From Picochlorum sp. SENEW3 (taxonomy: Eukaryota), in assembly GCA_034226945.1 (NCBI GenBank), contig CP120457.1, forward strand, positions 682,001-746,000: a stretch of 64,000 bases of DNA. The letters are read 5' to 3'. This document shows, in pieces, positions 22,940-33,561 of this stretch. Under the pieces are notes generated by a model. It did not search any database, had not been told where the DNA came from, and saw nothing but the letters and a program-made list of their open reading frames with translations. The position numbers were made by a program, and so were the translations under genes. Position 1 is the first letter of the stretch; each line of letters starts with the position of its first letter.

Positions 22940-23404
22940 TCTTCACGCCCTCTCATGATACGCAGACTTGAATATACATGACACAAGAAAAACATGTATA
23001 TTTTTTTTAAAGAATAATACTACTACTGGGGAATGAGCGATGGAAGAGGTGGTGGCTACCCACCACCTGCCTTGATGGTGGGTTCTAGGTTTTTTACAAC
23101 AACAACCTGTGCCCATCATGGGCAACAAGAGCACCTATACCACATTGTCGCCTGCATACACCATGATGCATTCTTGTGCTATCAGGGGATTAGAAAAGGC
23201 TGGATCATCCATCCCAGCACCCGAGGATGTGGGTGATTATGAGTCGCCTTGTAGTTCCATAAAGAATACTCGGTCAAAGGCATCTTTTGAGCGAAGCATA
23301 TGGCTGAGATCAGTCCATGTTATCCAGATGAGCATCATTGCAGGTGTTGAGAGGGGTACTACGTAGATGCCAATTTTATTCCTGTATACATTTATAAAGT
23401 CAGA

Positions 23405-24394
23405 ATGTCGGTATATTCTGCATCGATAATGTCGATTCGGTGCCAATTCGGGGTGAGGGGGGGTCTCACACACCACGCTTCTGTGAGACTTCAGAAACCA
23501 TCGTTCGCATTGACCTCAGCACGCAAGGAATCTAGAGGAAATGATACTATAGGTATTGGTCGTAGGTATTCAGTCGTGGTTGGTGCGGCAGAGGCAGAGG
23601 CCACCTGTTTGTCTCCCAGTGGGAGTGAGACAGCTCGAACGATTGTGGATTTGGCGGCATATGGCACATTATCGACACTAGGAGAAAATGGTATTCCATT
23701 GGGGACATATGTGACGTATGTGTTGGATCAAGTTGGTCAGCCAATCCTGCGATTGAGGAAGGATGCTGTTCATACAGCAAATGTGCTGAGGGAGAACAGA
23801 TGCAGTTTGTTTGTTCAGCCTGCAGAGTATCCAGCGCACATGTTGGCGCGAGTGACATTGATTGGATGTGTTGAGCCTGTGTCTGAAGAGATTGCTGCAT
23901 CTGCAGCAGAGTTGCATAGGACTCTGCATTCTGGAGGGGTTGGTGTGGATGAACCCAAAGATGATGACTTGTACTACCGTTTGGTGGTTGACGAATGCTT
24001 TTATGTTGGCCAATTAGCTGGTAACTCGGCAGCAGAGGTATTGTCGGGGGATGAATACAGGAATGCATGTGCTGATCCAACAAGAACATTTGCTGCATCG
24101 CTTGTCAAGTCAATGAATACTGATAGATTTGAAGATGTCGTGCGCATTTGTTCCCAAAAGATGCAGGTTGATATGGATGAGATTGTTCGGGCTGAAATGG
24201 CATGGATTGATAAGCAAGGTGTGTATATGAAGGTGAGTGCTGGTGGTCCCTTGCAGACAATCAGGGTTCCTTTTGAAAGACCGATTGAGGATGAACGAGA
24301 TGCACGATCTGCACTGACCATGATGGCACAGATTGCATGGGAGACGGATAGACCGTACGCTCCTGTGCCTGCTGTTACTGCTTCGTCTGAATAA
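23405..24394 (+). CDS. GluTRBP: Glutamyl-tRNA reductase-binding protein (split barrel + DUF2470), plastid
   Basis: ETARTI......GTLSTL..NG.PLG, HTAN.....RCSLFV, RVPF.RPIEDERDARSALTMMAQIAWE. Confidence 0.8.
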   Translation: MSVYSASIMSIRCQFGVRGGLTHHASVRLQKPSFALTSARKESRGNDTIGIGRRYSVVVGAAEAEATCLSPSGSETARTIVDLAAYGTLSTLGENGIPLGTYVTYVLDQVGQPILRLRKDAVHTANVLRENRCSLFVQPAEYPAHMLARVTLIGCVEPVSEEIAASAAELHRTLHSGGVGVDEPKDDDLYYRLVVDECFYVGQLAGNSAAEVLSGDEYRNACADPTRTFAASLVKSMNTDRFEDVVRICSQKMQVDMDEIVRAEMAWIDKQGVYMKVSAGGPLQTIRVPFERPIEDERDARSALTMMAQIAWETDRPYAPVPAVTASSE

Positions 24395-24417
24395 AATGTA
24401 AATACCATATGATACTA

Positions 24418-25522
24418 TTATGATTGGTCTGGGTTGAGACGCGCCTTTTGATCTCGCACTGCTTCTATCAACGTGTCCATGTCCCATGCGTCCTTCACGG
24501 AATATTCACCAATACACTCTCGCCGTAATTCAGTCAAATGAGCTCCACAGCCCACCTGCTGACCTAAATCATGTGCTAAACTCCTCACATAGGTCCCCTT
24601 ACCACATGTGACCCAGAATGCAACGAATGGACTCGTCTCGTCATGGCGTGTGAGGTCAAACGTCTGAACATGGACTTTTCTAGATTTTCTATCCACCTCT
24701 TTTCCCTGCCTTGCAGATTCATAGAGCCGTTTCCCATCGACCCGTATGGCAGAAAACATTGGTGGAACTTGCTCAATATCTCCAAGGAAATGTTCATCTC
24801 TGCTTTTGTACAACTCCTCATCTGCACCATGTTTTCAAAAAGAAAATTACTTGGTTATCGGCATCAAGGTTTAGGTTGGTAAATATTGCATGATGATGTC
24901 ACATACTTGTGATGCTCTGCCAGGAAGAATCCTCCTTTAAAAGACTCCCATCGGCATCGTACGAATCCGTCACCTGACCCAATCGAAAGACGCCGCTATA
25001 CTCTTTTGTCATGGATACGAATGAATCAATTGATTTGGTTCCTTTACCCACGCATACAATGAGTAAACCAGTTGCCATGGGATCCAGGGTCCCAGCATGC
25101 CCAACCTTGATCTTTTTTGGCTTGACTTTCAATGCCCTGGCCAATTCCCCTCTCAGTTTCCCACACACATCAAAAGACGTCCATGTCTTTGGTTTATCAA
25201 TCAACAGAACCGCATTTTCCCAGATCGATGCATCTGCCGCCAACACCCCAACAGTCACAGGAGTTGGTGGGACAAGAACCTTCTTCTTCTTCTTCTTTGC
25301 CTCCTTCACACCAGAAGAAGAGACATCACTGCTATTATCTACTGTATTCGTATCAGATTCTGACGCGTGAGGTCTCTTCATGTCTCGTGCATCCTTCTTC
25401 ATGCAACGAATTTGGCAAATGCCCGTCCAATTCTCAATCCTCCCCAATGGCTGGTTGAGAACTCTACTATCATATGATTTTACTATGAATCTGTGGGGAA
25501 TGCATGTAATCAATCGATTCAT
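24418..25522 (-). CDS. TRUB: tRNA pseudouridine(55) synthase TruB, organellar; intron 24822-24906
   Basis: IDKPKTWTSFDV, KVGHAGTLDPMATGLL, QVPPMFSAI, CGKGTYVRSLAHDLG. Confidence 0.95.
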
Positions 25523-25677
25523 GGGTCAAATTTTTTGCATTTTGGCCTCAGGAGGCCTTTTGCTCTTGACCCACCGACCCATTCGGCATTCCAATTTTTT
25601 ATTTAAAAATGCCGTGACCAATGCAAGCCCCGTAGTGGAATTCATAGTAGCAGTATAAATGATGTTTTGATGAGAGA

Positions 25678-26559
25678 ATGTCGACTCCTTTGGAATTACG
25701 CAACTGGCGGAAAGGCGCTCAGGTGAGAGGAGTTGTCTTTGTCTTTTGCTTTTTCAATTGTTGCAGTATCGTCTGCATTGATGATGAGTATGCGTCACTT
25801 TATTGTTGTGCAGAGATCTCTGAGGTTGTTATTTAATGGCATGGTCAAGGCGTTGGGTGAATGGAAGGTGGGCTGAGCAGGCATTTTATGTGCCTGTATT
25901 CCTGTGCTCCTGTCTCATCAATATAACAATAATATCATCTGTGCAGGCTGGCGTGGCGCAAGGAAAGATATTGACGACAGATATCGCCAATCTTATTCTC
26001 GAATATCGGTATGACATCATACCTATTGGAGCACCAGGACGGAAACAAGCGACGATACTGTATGGATGTGTGCAGGTGTATTGAGAAGGATGCGGCGCTC
26101 ATGGATTCATTACCTTTGGATGCACGATCGATATTCCAGTCAAGGTATACGATGAAGCTGCAGCGAAAGCTAGATTCTTTAAGGATGATTGTTGAGGCGT
26201 TGGCTAATGCGTGTGCGTCCATGTCAAAGGCACTAGAGGATTTTAAAACCATCCTCCTGTGTGATGATGAATCAGATACGCATCTGGGGGATCCCCGCCT
26301 CGACATGGCTATTTGTACGAGTCTGACGTTTCGACAGATTTCTCTTCTATTTGATGATATCGTGGAAAAGTATCAGAGAGAGCTTGGCATCAAGCAAAAG
26401 ATTTTGGATGATTTTTGTAATGATGGCCAGCATGATGAGGCATTTTATCAGGTGCATATCACTGCCTGGATGACGGATGTGGAAATAGATTCAAACCGTG
26501 TACAACATGTGATGAGAGACGTTGCATTAGATGCTGGGATGCCATATAATAATGAATAG
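25678..26559 (+). CDS. Uncharacterised helical protein, 4 exons (possibly C1orf109/AIRIM-like)
   Basis: Three GT-AG introns splice into one frame: MSTPLELRNWRKGAQ|RSLR..EWK|AGVAQ..EYR|CIEKD...AWMTD. The family assignment is a weak recollection. Confidence 0.65.
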
Positions 26560-26614
26560 AATAAGATTATTATTATTGAATTGTGCTGAGCGTGACTGTA
26601 CCCTCGCTGTAAGG
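26407..26614 (+). repeat. Direct repeat, copy 1 (~208 bp)
   Basis: Identical to 28887-29102 except T5 vs T10, one G/C substitution and one ATT unit. Confidence 0.97.
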
Positions 26615-26739
26615 CATTGCTAGTTGACTGAAAAACAGAGATCACCACAGTAGATGCAAAAACTGAGATTCAACAATGCTGTCTGAAGGTAACCAGTAGA
26701 TGGTCACTTGAAAGGATGGATATAAACTTTATGCTAGGC

Positions 26740-26904
26740 TTACAGTTGAGTTACCTTGAAGCCACTGACATATGTTGTGCCACCATCATTGTCTGCAGCA
26801 ATCCCGCAGTAGTGGTTTCCTGAGAAAGATTCAGCCAAGGTTATATCTGATAGTACCGTTCCTTCCTGATCCCAATCATTTTGTCCCAGTGCAGATACAT
26901 CATC
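26740..26904 (-). pseudogene. Relic C-terminal coding fragment of a probable secreted protein
   Basis: Reads DDVSALGQNDWDQEGTVLSDITLAESFSGNHYCGIAADNDGGTTYVSGFKVTQL*, with an in-frame TAA immediately upstream and no start codon. Confidence 0.4.
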
Positions 26905-27205
26905 TTATCCTTTGCGTGTGGATGCGGGGACTACCTGTTCCAAATGTCCTCATCCTTGTTTGTTGACTGCTCCGATGCCGGCATTGGTCTCTGGTCCCTC
27001 TCTCTCGATAGCACGTGGCCTTGAACTTGGGGTGAGTATTCTAATAGGATTGCAGCACAGAATAACTGCCTAACTCCATATATATACGGGCAGAGTTCAA
27101 ACGTGGATGGTAGCCAACTCTCTGCATCTGACTCTACATGGATAATGATGCGTGTATTCCACAGGCCAAGCTCTAGCAATACTCAGTATAAGATAACACT
27201 TGAGT

Positions 27206-28410
27206 CTATTGGAACGTCAGGTCCACAAGGCCACTCGTACCACTGGAGTATGACGAAATAATGACGTAGTAATCGGTATCTTGGGTCACAGTCACATCAA
27301 GCTTACTCTGATAACCGCAAGAATCGTCGTTCTCTGTGCATGAGCAAGTGCTCGTCCCAGATGTGCATGATACGATGAACAAGTACGTGTCCCACGTCGT
27401 GCTAGGCATGTCGCATGTGTTCACACTTACGGTCTGTTCAATTGGTAGATTCATCACCCGTCTCACAATCTTGTAGTACGAGCTGTCGCTTAGCCTGTAA
27501 TTTGAACAGGCAGAGACAAATGCTTGAGGAAGCCCACCGGTGACTCCATCACTCAATTCAAATGTCTGCGACGTGAATGGCAAGTTACCAATCGTCAATT
27601 GCTCAATCACTTCCGAGAATGGTGGCGGTGGCGGTGGGCTTGGTGGTGGAGGTGGAGGTGGCGGGCTTGGTGGAGGCGGTGGCGGACTTGGTGGTGGTGG
27701 GCTCGGTGGGGGAGGTGGACTGCGCCTGCTAACCACCCCTTCTGCCCAATCATCTACGCTGCTCATATCTTCGCATATGAGTTTGCCGGACCAAAAGTTG
27801 CTGCTCCGAGTAAGCCTCAGAGACTGACGAGCAGACAACAAAGTACAGACACTTGTCAGCCGGTTAAACATGAATGCCTCGCACTTTCTATCTGCAACGA
27901 GTATTCCTGATGTCATGGGGCAATGGCTGTTTATATCTAGAGAGCAATCTGTGTCCAGAGCTTGTCGCGTGTCATCCGTCAACCTCCAATTTAAGAGACA
28001 GGCATCCGCACATCCAGCCAGACTTCCATGCCCTGGCCTGTCCAGCTTGTACACAGCAATTATGTCACCATCTCGATACATGCTGCAGAGAACCAAACAC
28101 CCGAATGATACCATGAGCCATGAATATATATAATTATACACAGAGCAAATCATCCACCCTCGACACACCTCTTCCTCTGGTTGTATTTAACAATTTGTCT
28201 CCGAAGATTTCGGAGAGCTGGTTGGTCAGAGACTGTGCTGTCAAAGCACATCCCACCCAGCGTTGACTCTCTCTCTACGGATTCCAAAGATGTAGCATGT
28301 GTTCCTATCACGAAATGTGCCCATACTAGGAGAAGGATTGGAAACAGAAGAGCGCTCTTTGGGGACAACAACCAGTGACAGGCAATGCTCGTGCTCATTT
28401 GTATGCGCAT
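27206..28410 (-). CDS. Secreted protein: signal/TM segment, PAN/apple-like domain, Ser-Pro repeat stalk, C-terminal beta-rich domain; intron 28083-28168
   Basis: ALLFPILLLVWAHFVIG; GDI...CADAC...CEAFMF....CTL; (SPPPP)n; TC...WDTYL...NDDSC. Start ATG is uncertain (28458, 28410 or 28398). Confidence 0.75.
27620..27720. repeat. Coding (GGT/GGC/GGA)n repeat encoding SPPPP units
   Basis: Visible G-rich triplet repeat on the + strand. Confidence 0.9.
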
Positions 28411-28886
28411 ACTATAGTACATGGCCTCGTTATCAAACGACCCAATGGGTATACCCAATGGGTATACTTAGCGATTTTACTCGAATAAATGGTGTTTGCA
28501 CGTCGGGTGGCTTTCCAAGGAGAAGATTCTCTTCTTACCGCTATTACGAGTCCGTCACGTAATAGCGCTACATAATCCTTGCCTATGCGCGGACCTTTCT
28601 CCTCTTGCAATAGCGCGAGACCAATGGCATCAAATTGAACGAATACTTAAAGGATATTTTTATCAAGAGAACGTATCGATTAAATATGAAGGTTGCCAAT
28701 GTCTGCACTGAGCAGTGATCCATCGCGAGCAGGGAGTTTCATTGAAAACAGACAGTCGGCCCTCCACTACTTGTTTTTTATTTTTAAATCCTAGTTCGGT
28801 ATGAATATGTCATACTATATAACATTCTACTTAGTACTATGTAGTATACACAATGTCCCGCCAATGGGCGCACACACATGAATGCT

Positions 28887-29102
28887 GATGATTTTTTTTT
28901 TGTAATGATGGCCAGCATGATGAGGCATTTTATCAGGTGCATATCACTGCCTGGATGACCGATGTGGAAATAGATTCAAACCGTGTACAACATGTGATGA
29001 GAGACGTTGCATTAGATGCTGGGATGCCATATAATAATGAATAGAATAAGATTATTATTATTATTGAATTGTGCTGAGCGTGACTGTACCCTCGCTGTAA
29101 GG
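28887..29102 (+). repeat. Direct repeat, copy 2 (~216 bp)
   Basis: Matches 26407-26614. It holds an orphan copy of the upstream gene's 3' end and the true 3' end of RsfS. Confidence 0.97.
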
Positions 29103-30287
29103 AATCGCCACCTTGGTGACATTTGAACTCTCCTCGTCGCTCCAAAGACTCTCCAAGTCGTATTCAGACCTCACATCTTCATGGAATACATGGACAACAA
29201 CGGATCCTGCATCAATCACAAGCCAATCTGGGTTGGCATCATCTCTTCCCTCAATGCTTGGAGCAACACCTGGAGCCACCTCCTGGCATCGCTTTTTCAA
29301 CTCATGCAACACAGCCGATGCAAGCATATATACCATTTGATGCGAGCGACCTGATGCAATGATCATGTAATCTGTAAAAGAGCACTGCTGTCGAACATCA
29401 ATGATCATGACATTGCCAGCTCTGGCATCTACAAGCAGTTGTGCAACTTCATGTGGGCTGGAAAACACTTCAGAGAAGATACTACGAGGCAACGTCGCTT
29501 CTTCCTGCGACTGTCGCAACACCTCGTCCGTGACTGGCGTCTGAATACCACCACTCTGAATGTCTTTTAATTTGCCAAACTTGACAATCTGCTTTCTTTC
29601 AGCAACCCCATGCCCCAAATTGGAGGCCACCTCTGCCACATTTTTATTTTCCTCTTCTTTTCTAATATCATCTAAAATCCGACTCACCAATGCGGCCTTA
29701 TTTCCCCGACTGTCAGAACCAGAAACCTCCAGAATATCCCGCAATCCCTTCACTTTCAATTTCATCAAGGCAGTTTTCGTGATATTAACATGCTCTTTCC
29801 CATGCACACTCTGCAATTCCTCTTCCACAAGACTCTTAATACTAGTATCAGCTGCGTCCCTACAGAACACACAAACAGTCGTCATTCACAACCCCATGTG
29901 TATCTTTTCCCCTCAACCAACCCACCTCTGCAATCTTTCGTGCATCTCCATGATCGCCGCCATCTCAGGATTCACTCGTTTCATATACTCGATACTTGTA
30001 TCATTCAAATGACTGGTTCCGACCTTGGTCGTCATACCCACTGGACCGGATTCCTGCTCAGAGGCAGGCTTCTCCTCCTCCTGTTGGGACAATCCACGGA
30101 CAGAGAACGGGACCCGAGGCTCTATTCCATGAGTCGTTCGTAATTTTATCCCATAATCTTTCCTCTTAATGAGTTGTTGGGGTGTACTGGTCCTGTTAGA
30201 GACAGAGAAGCACTCGGAGGATTCCAACCGCAACCAACTTTGGATGGTTCGCCGGAACAGCGACCCTTCTCTTGCTATTCTCTTCAT
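29061..30287 (-). CDS. RSFS: Ribosome silencing factor RsfS/Iojap (mitochondrial-type) with a SAP domain; intron 29860-29925
   Basis: IDVRQQCSFTDYMIIASGRS, WLVIDAGSVVVHVF...R..YDLESLW; SAP-like LMKLKVKGLRDIL...G....GNKAALVSRI. Confidence 0.9.
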
Positions 30288-30428
30288 CTTGAACTACTAG
30301 TAATAAAAAATTATGTATGCCTTTGCTGTGACGGATTCTTTCCATACTGCATTGAATCGAATTCCGAACGCTTGCGGCATCATCAAGCCTTTTCTTCTGA
30401 ATGTGCGAATTTCTTCTTTACACGATGA

Positions 30429-33210
30429 CTATGCTTGCTGAATGATATTATGGATGCAATCACACATGGATGGATCTTCTGCACGAACAGCGAGTCTCAT
30501 CGCCACATTGTGCTGGGCATCCATACCAAACTGCAGTTTTACCAGGACCTGTGCATCTCCAACAACTGTACCAGTCATGGAGACGGTGTGGCTGCGTGCA
30601 TTTGGAGGTACCATGTCTGTTCCATCGCAGACGGTCATTCCCATGAGTTCAATCACTGTCTCTACCGCTTCCTGGACATTTTCACGTTCGCCGAGTGCAT
30701 ACGAGTCGGCTACTTCATTGGCTTCATCCATGGCATCCCATGCTTCTGTGAAATTAGGGACACTTGTGGCTTTGACATAGTCTGCTGGAGACACGTCCAA
30801 ATCCTCCAGTTGATATTCGTCGTCGAAACCCTCTTCTTCTGCCTCTCCAGTTGATGGATCAATTTCCTTGACTTTGAACTTGAGTATGCATGGCATGGAG
30901 GCTGCTGTGGGCCCATCGCATGTTCTCCTCAAGACGACGTACGCTTGGCCAGCCCCCTCGGTTGGCGCTACTGCAAGCGACACTGTCGCTTCTTCTTCAA
31001 AGTCAGGGGCATCTGCCAAGTCGAAGAGTACGCTAACATCTTCCAGCACTTGCTCAGGAACTGTATTTGTAATGTGGAATTGGAATACATCATGAGACTC
31101 CAACACATGGTGGACAAAAAAGACATTGTATTCTGTTTCCTCCTCTGTAAGCTGTGAAGGAGCGCACGTCTTAAACACAGGTCCAAGGGCAGCCACTTCT
31201 GGAACAGAAACCATTTGCTCTGCATACTCTGCATATCGTTCCTCTGCAGTCGCACCAGATGCCCCTTCAATAACAGCTGCTGCAAGTCCATGGGGCTTGT
31301 GAGCTGAGGGTGATGGTGGGGCCTTCTTTGTTACTGTGGACAAGTCGAAAGGCTGAGTCAAATCTCCGGATGCAAGATACTCCTCCAAACTAGAGATGAC
31401 ATTTTTGGCAGGGTACATCCATTCTGGTGCAATCAAGTTGCGAGCAGTCTCAACATCATTGGACGCTCCAAGCTGAGCCAAGTACAGTGTGGCGCGATCC
31501 CTGACTTCATCATCCGAGTCATACAATGCTCTTTTCAGCAGAACAATGATATTCGGGCGCAAGTCATCACACTCCAATGCAAATCTCGCAAGGGCAGAAA
31601 CTGCAGCTGCTCTCACAGTAGCATTCTCTAAAATGACACGGTTGTAAATAACTCTAATATGCCGTGCAGGATCCTTTGTTTTGGGTCCTTCTTCACCAAG
31701 AAGATGCAGAATTTCCACACTCAAATACGTAAATTCGCAGTCCTCAATGAATTCTGAGAGTTGGCTCAATGCTACATCTTTTGATTCAGGCACATGCTGA
31801 ATGATTGCCAAAATAGCGTCAACAATAGCTCGTTTATATGTAAATCCACCATCTTCTCTCAAACACATGGCCAAAAAGTTCAACATTCCTCTATGCTTTG
31901 CTGGGAATTTAATGCTCAGAGCTCGAATTGCTTCAACAACAGCAATCTTGAACTCATCTGCCAATTCTCCAATGAAACCACCAATCTGCTTCATCAATCT
32001 GTCGATAGAACTCTCATTTCCAGTCTTCAACAAAGTTGTAATAGCCAACGTGGCGATTGACCTGTTGCTATCAGCAATCAAAGATTCCATTTCAATATTG
32101 CAATTTGCCACCAACGAGGGGTGATTCACAGCAATTTTATTCAGTGTTCTGACAGCAGCAAATCGAGTCACCGGCTTGGAAGAAGATAAGAAGAGCTGAA
32201 GAACAGTGACTGCTGGACTCAATTCCTTGGCAGTAACATCCTTCATGCTTGCAATGGCGCGAGCAGCTTCAAAAATAACAAGTTCACTTCTGTGCCTCAG
32301 ACAACTCTCCAAATAGTCGTAGAAAGGACGCACAGCTCCTCCAGCTCCCGGAGCAGTCTCAGCAATTACCTGTGCCACATATCTCACCAGCAAAAGCTGG
32401 GCGTATGGTGACCTCACATTACCTCGAGTCAACTGCGTCACAAGCTTGCTAATCGCCAGACGATCTTTTGATCGCAGTGCGTGCTGGAGAGCGACAGCAT
32501 GAAACTGCACCATTGGATGTCTTGACGTCAATGCCTCCTGAACTTCACTGTTCCACCGCTTCACCACCTCTGGATTCTCAGATGCCAACTGCACAGCACC
32601 AGCAAGCACGGCAGCAGCCACAACAGGGCTCTTGTCCACAATGGCCTGCTTCAAATAACGCTCAATTTGCAACAGCATCTGACCATCAATGATCTTACAC
32701 AACACTCTGATAGCATTCGCCCTGAACAAGTCGTGGGGATTATTCATATCCTTCATCAAACTACTTGTGATGATAATAACCTCTTCTGAAGAAGGAATAA
32801 ACTCCTTGATACACAAATACACCATCCTTCTCAGATGAAAATCCTTGTGCTGAAACAACTTTGTCACACTAAAAAACACATCGGATGCTTCAGACTTTGT
32901 GAAAGATTCTCCCTGCGTGAGCAAGTAGAGCAACTTTGTAATCACTTGCTGACATTTCCTCGGGTCCACGTGAGCTTCGTTGAACACGCGAGTTTCTTGC
33001 AACACAAGGCCCTTTTCAATCCCATAAAATGGAGAAAATTCAACTGCAATACGCATGAGAAGAAACGAAACATTAGAAAAAAGCGTCTCTCTTCTTGATG
33101 AGGGATCAACAACAAACACCAAACGCCAACATACGTTCATCTTCGTATTCATCATCTTTTTTCTCATCCCCTCGCAAGGGTTCCATAGGATTCTGTGCAG
33201 TCGCAGCCAT
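30429..33210 (-). CDS. COPG: Coatomer subunit gamma; exon 1 33135-33210, intron 33044-33134
   Basis: KKDDEYEDEL|EFSPFYGIEKGLVLQETRVFN, IIITSSLMKDM, FIEDCEF, IYNRVILEN, LTEEETEY. Confidence 0.96.
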
Positions 33211-33561
33211 CGTGTCCGATTGTAGCGAGACTGACAAAAATCTTCACTGTCCGTCCAGGGATCACGGATAACCACGACGGTTCACGCTTCTCTCGGCAGC
33301 AAAAGACAACGTGAATAAATTATTATAGGTGTGGGAGGCTATGTAAAACTTTTTCAGTTGATTGCTCCTTGTCGCCCATGGACCGTTATCGACACGGACG
33401 AATGCCTGTCTCAATATGTATTGACGGTCAAAAGGGATGCGTGATGGGCTGGAGCCATGGGGACCAACGGGCATCCAGTCTTGTCTTGATGGGCCACTTG
33501 GAGGAGATATGACACTGGCAAAAATCAAGAAAATTCATGCAGAGTGAGAATATGATATGAA

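Larger units (their letters stand above)
26615..28886. mobile_element. ~2.3 kb insertion bracketed by long direct repeats; mechanism unknown
   Basis: Unique sequence between the two repeat copies. No transposase or RT ORF and no terminal inverted repeats were seen. Confidence 0.55.

Noticed and set aside
27524..27910. Gly-rich and Trp/Arg-rich ORFs
   Set aside because: Antisense shadows of the Ser-Pro repeat.
28892..28901. T10 as a retroposed poly(A) tail
   Set aside because: Homology (GATGA) continues beyond the run in both copies, so slippage of T5 is the simpler explanation.
26407..29102. Interpretation as an LTR retrotransposon
   Set aside because: The repeats are host gene 3' ends, lack TG...CA termini, and enclose no gag/pol, PBS or PPT.
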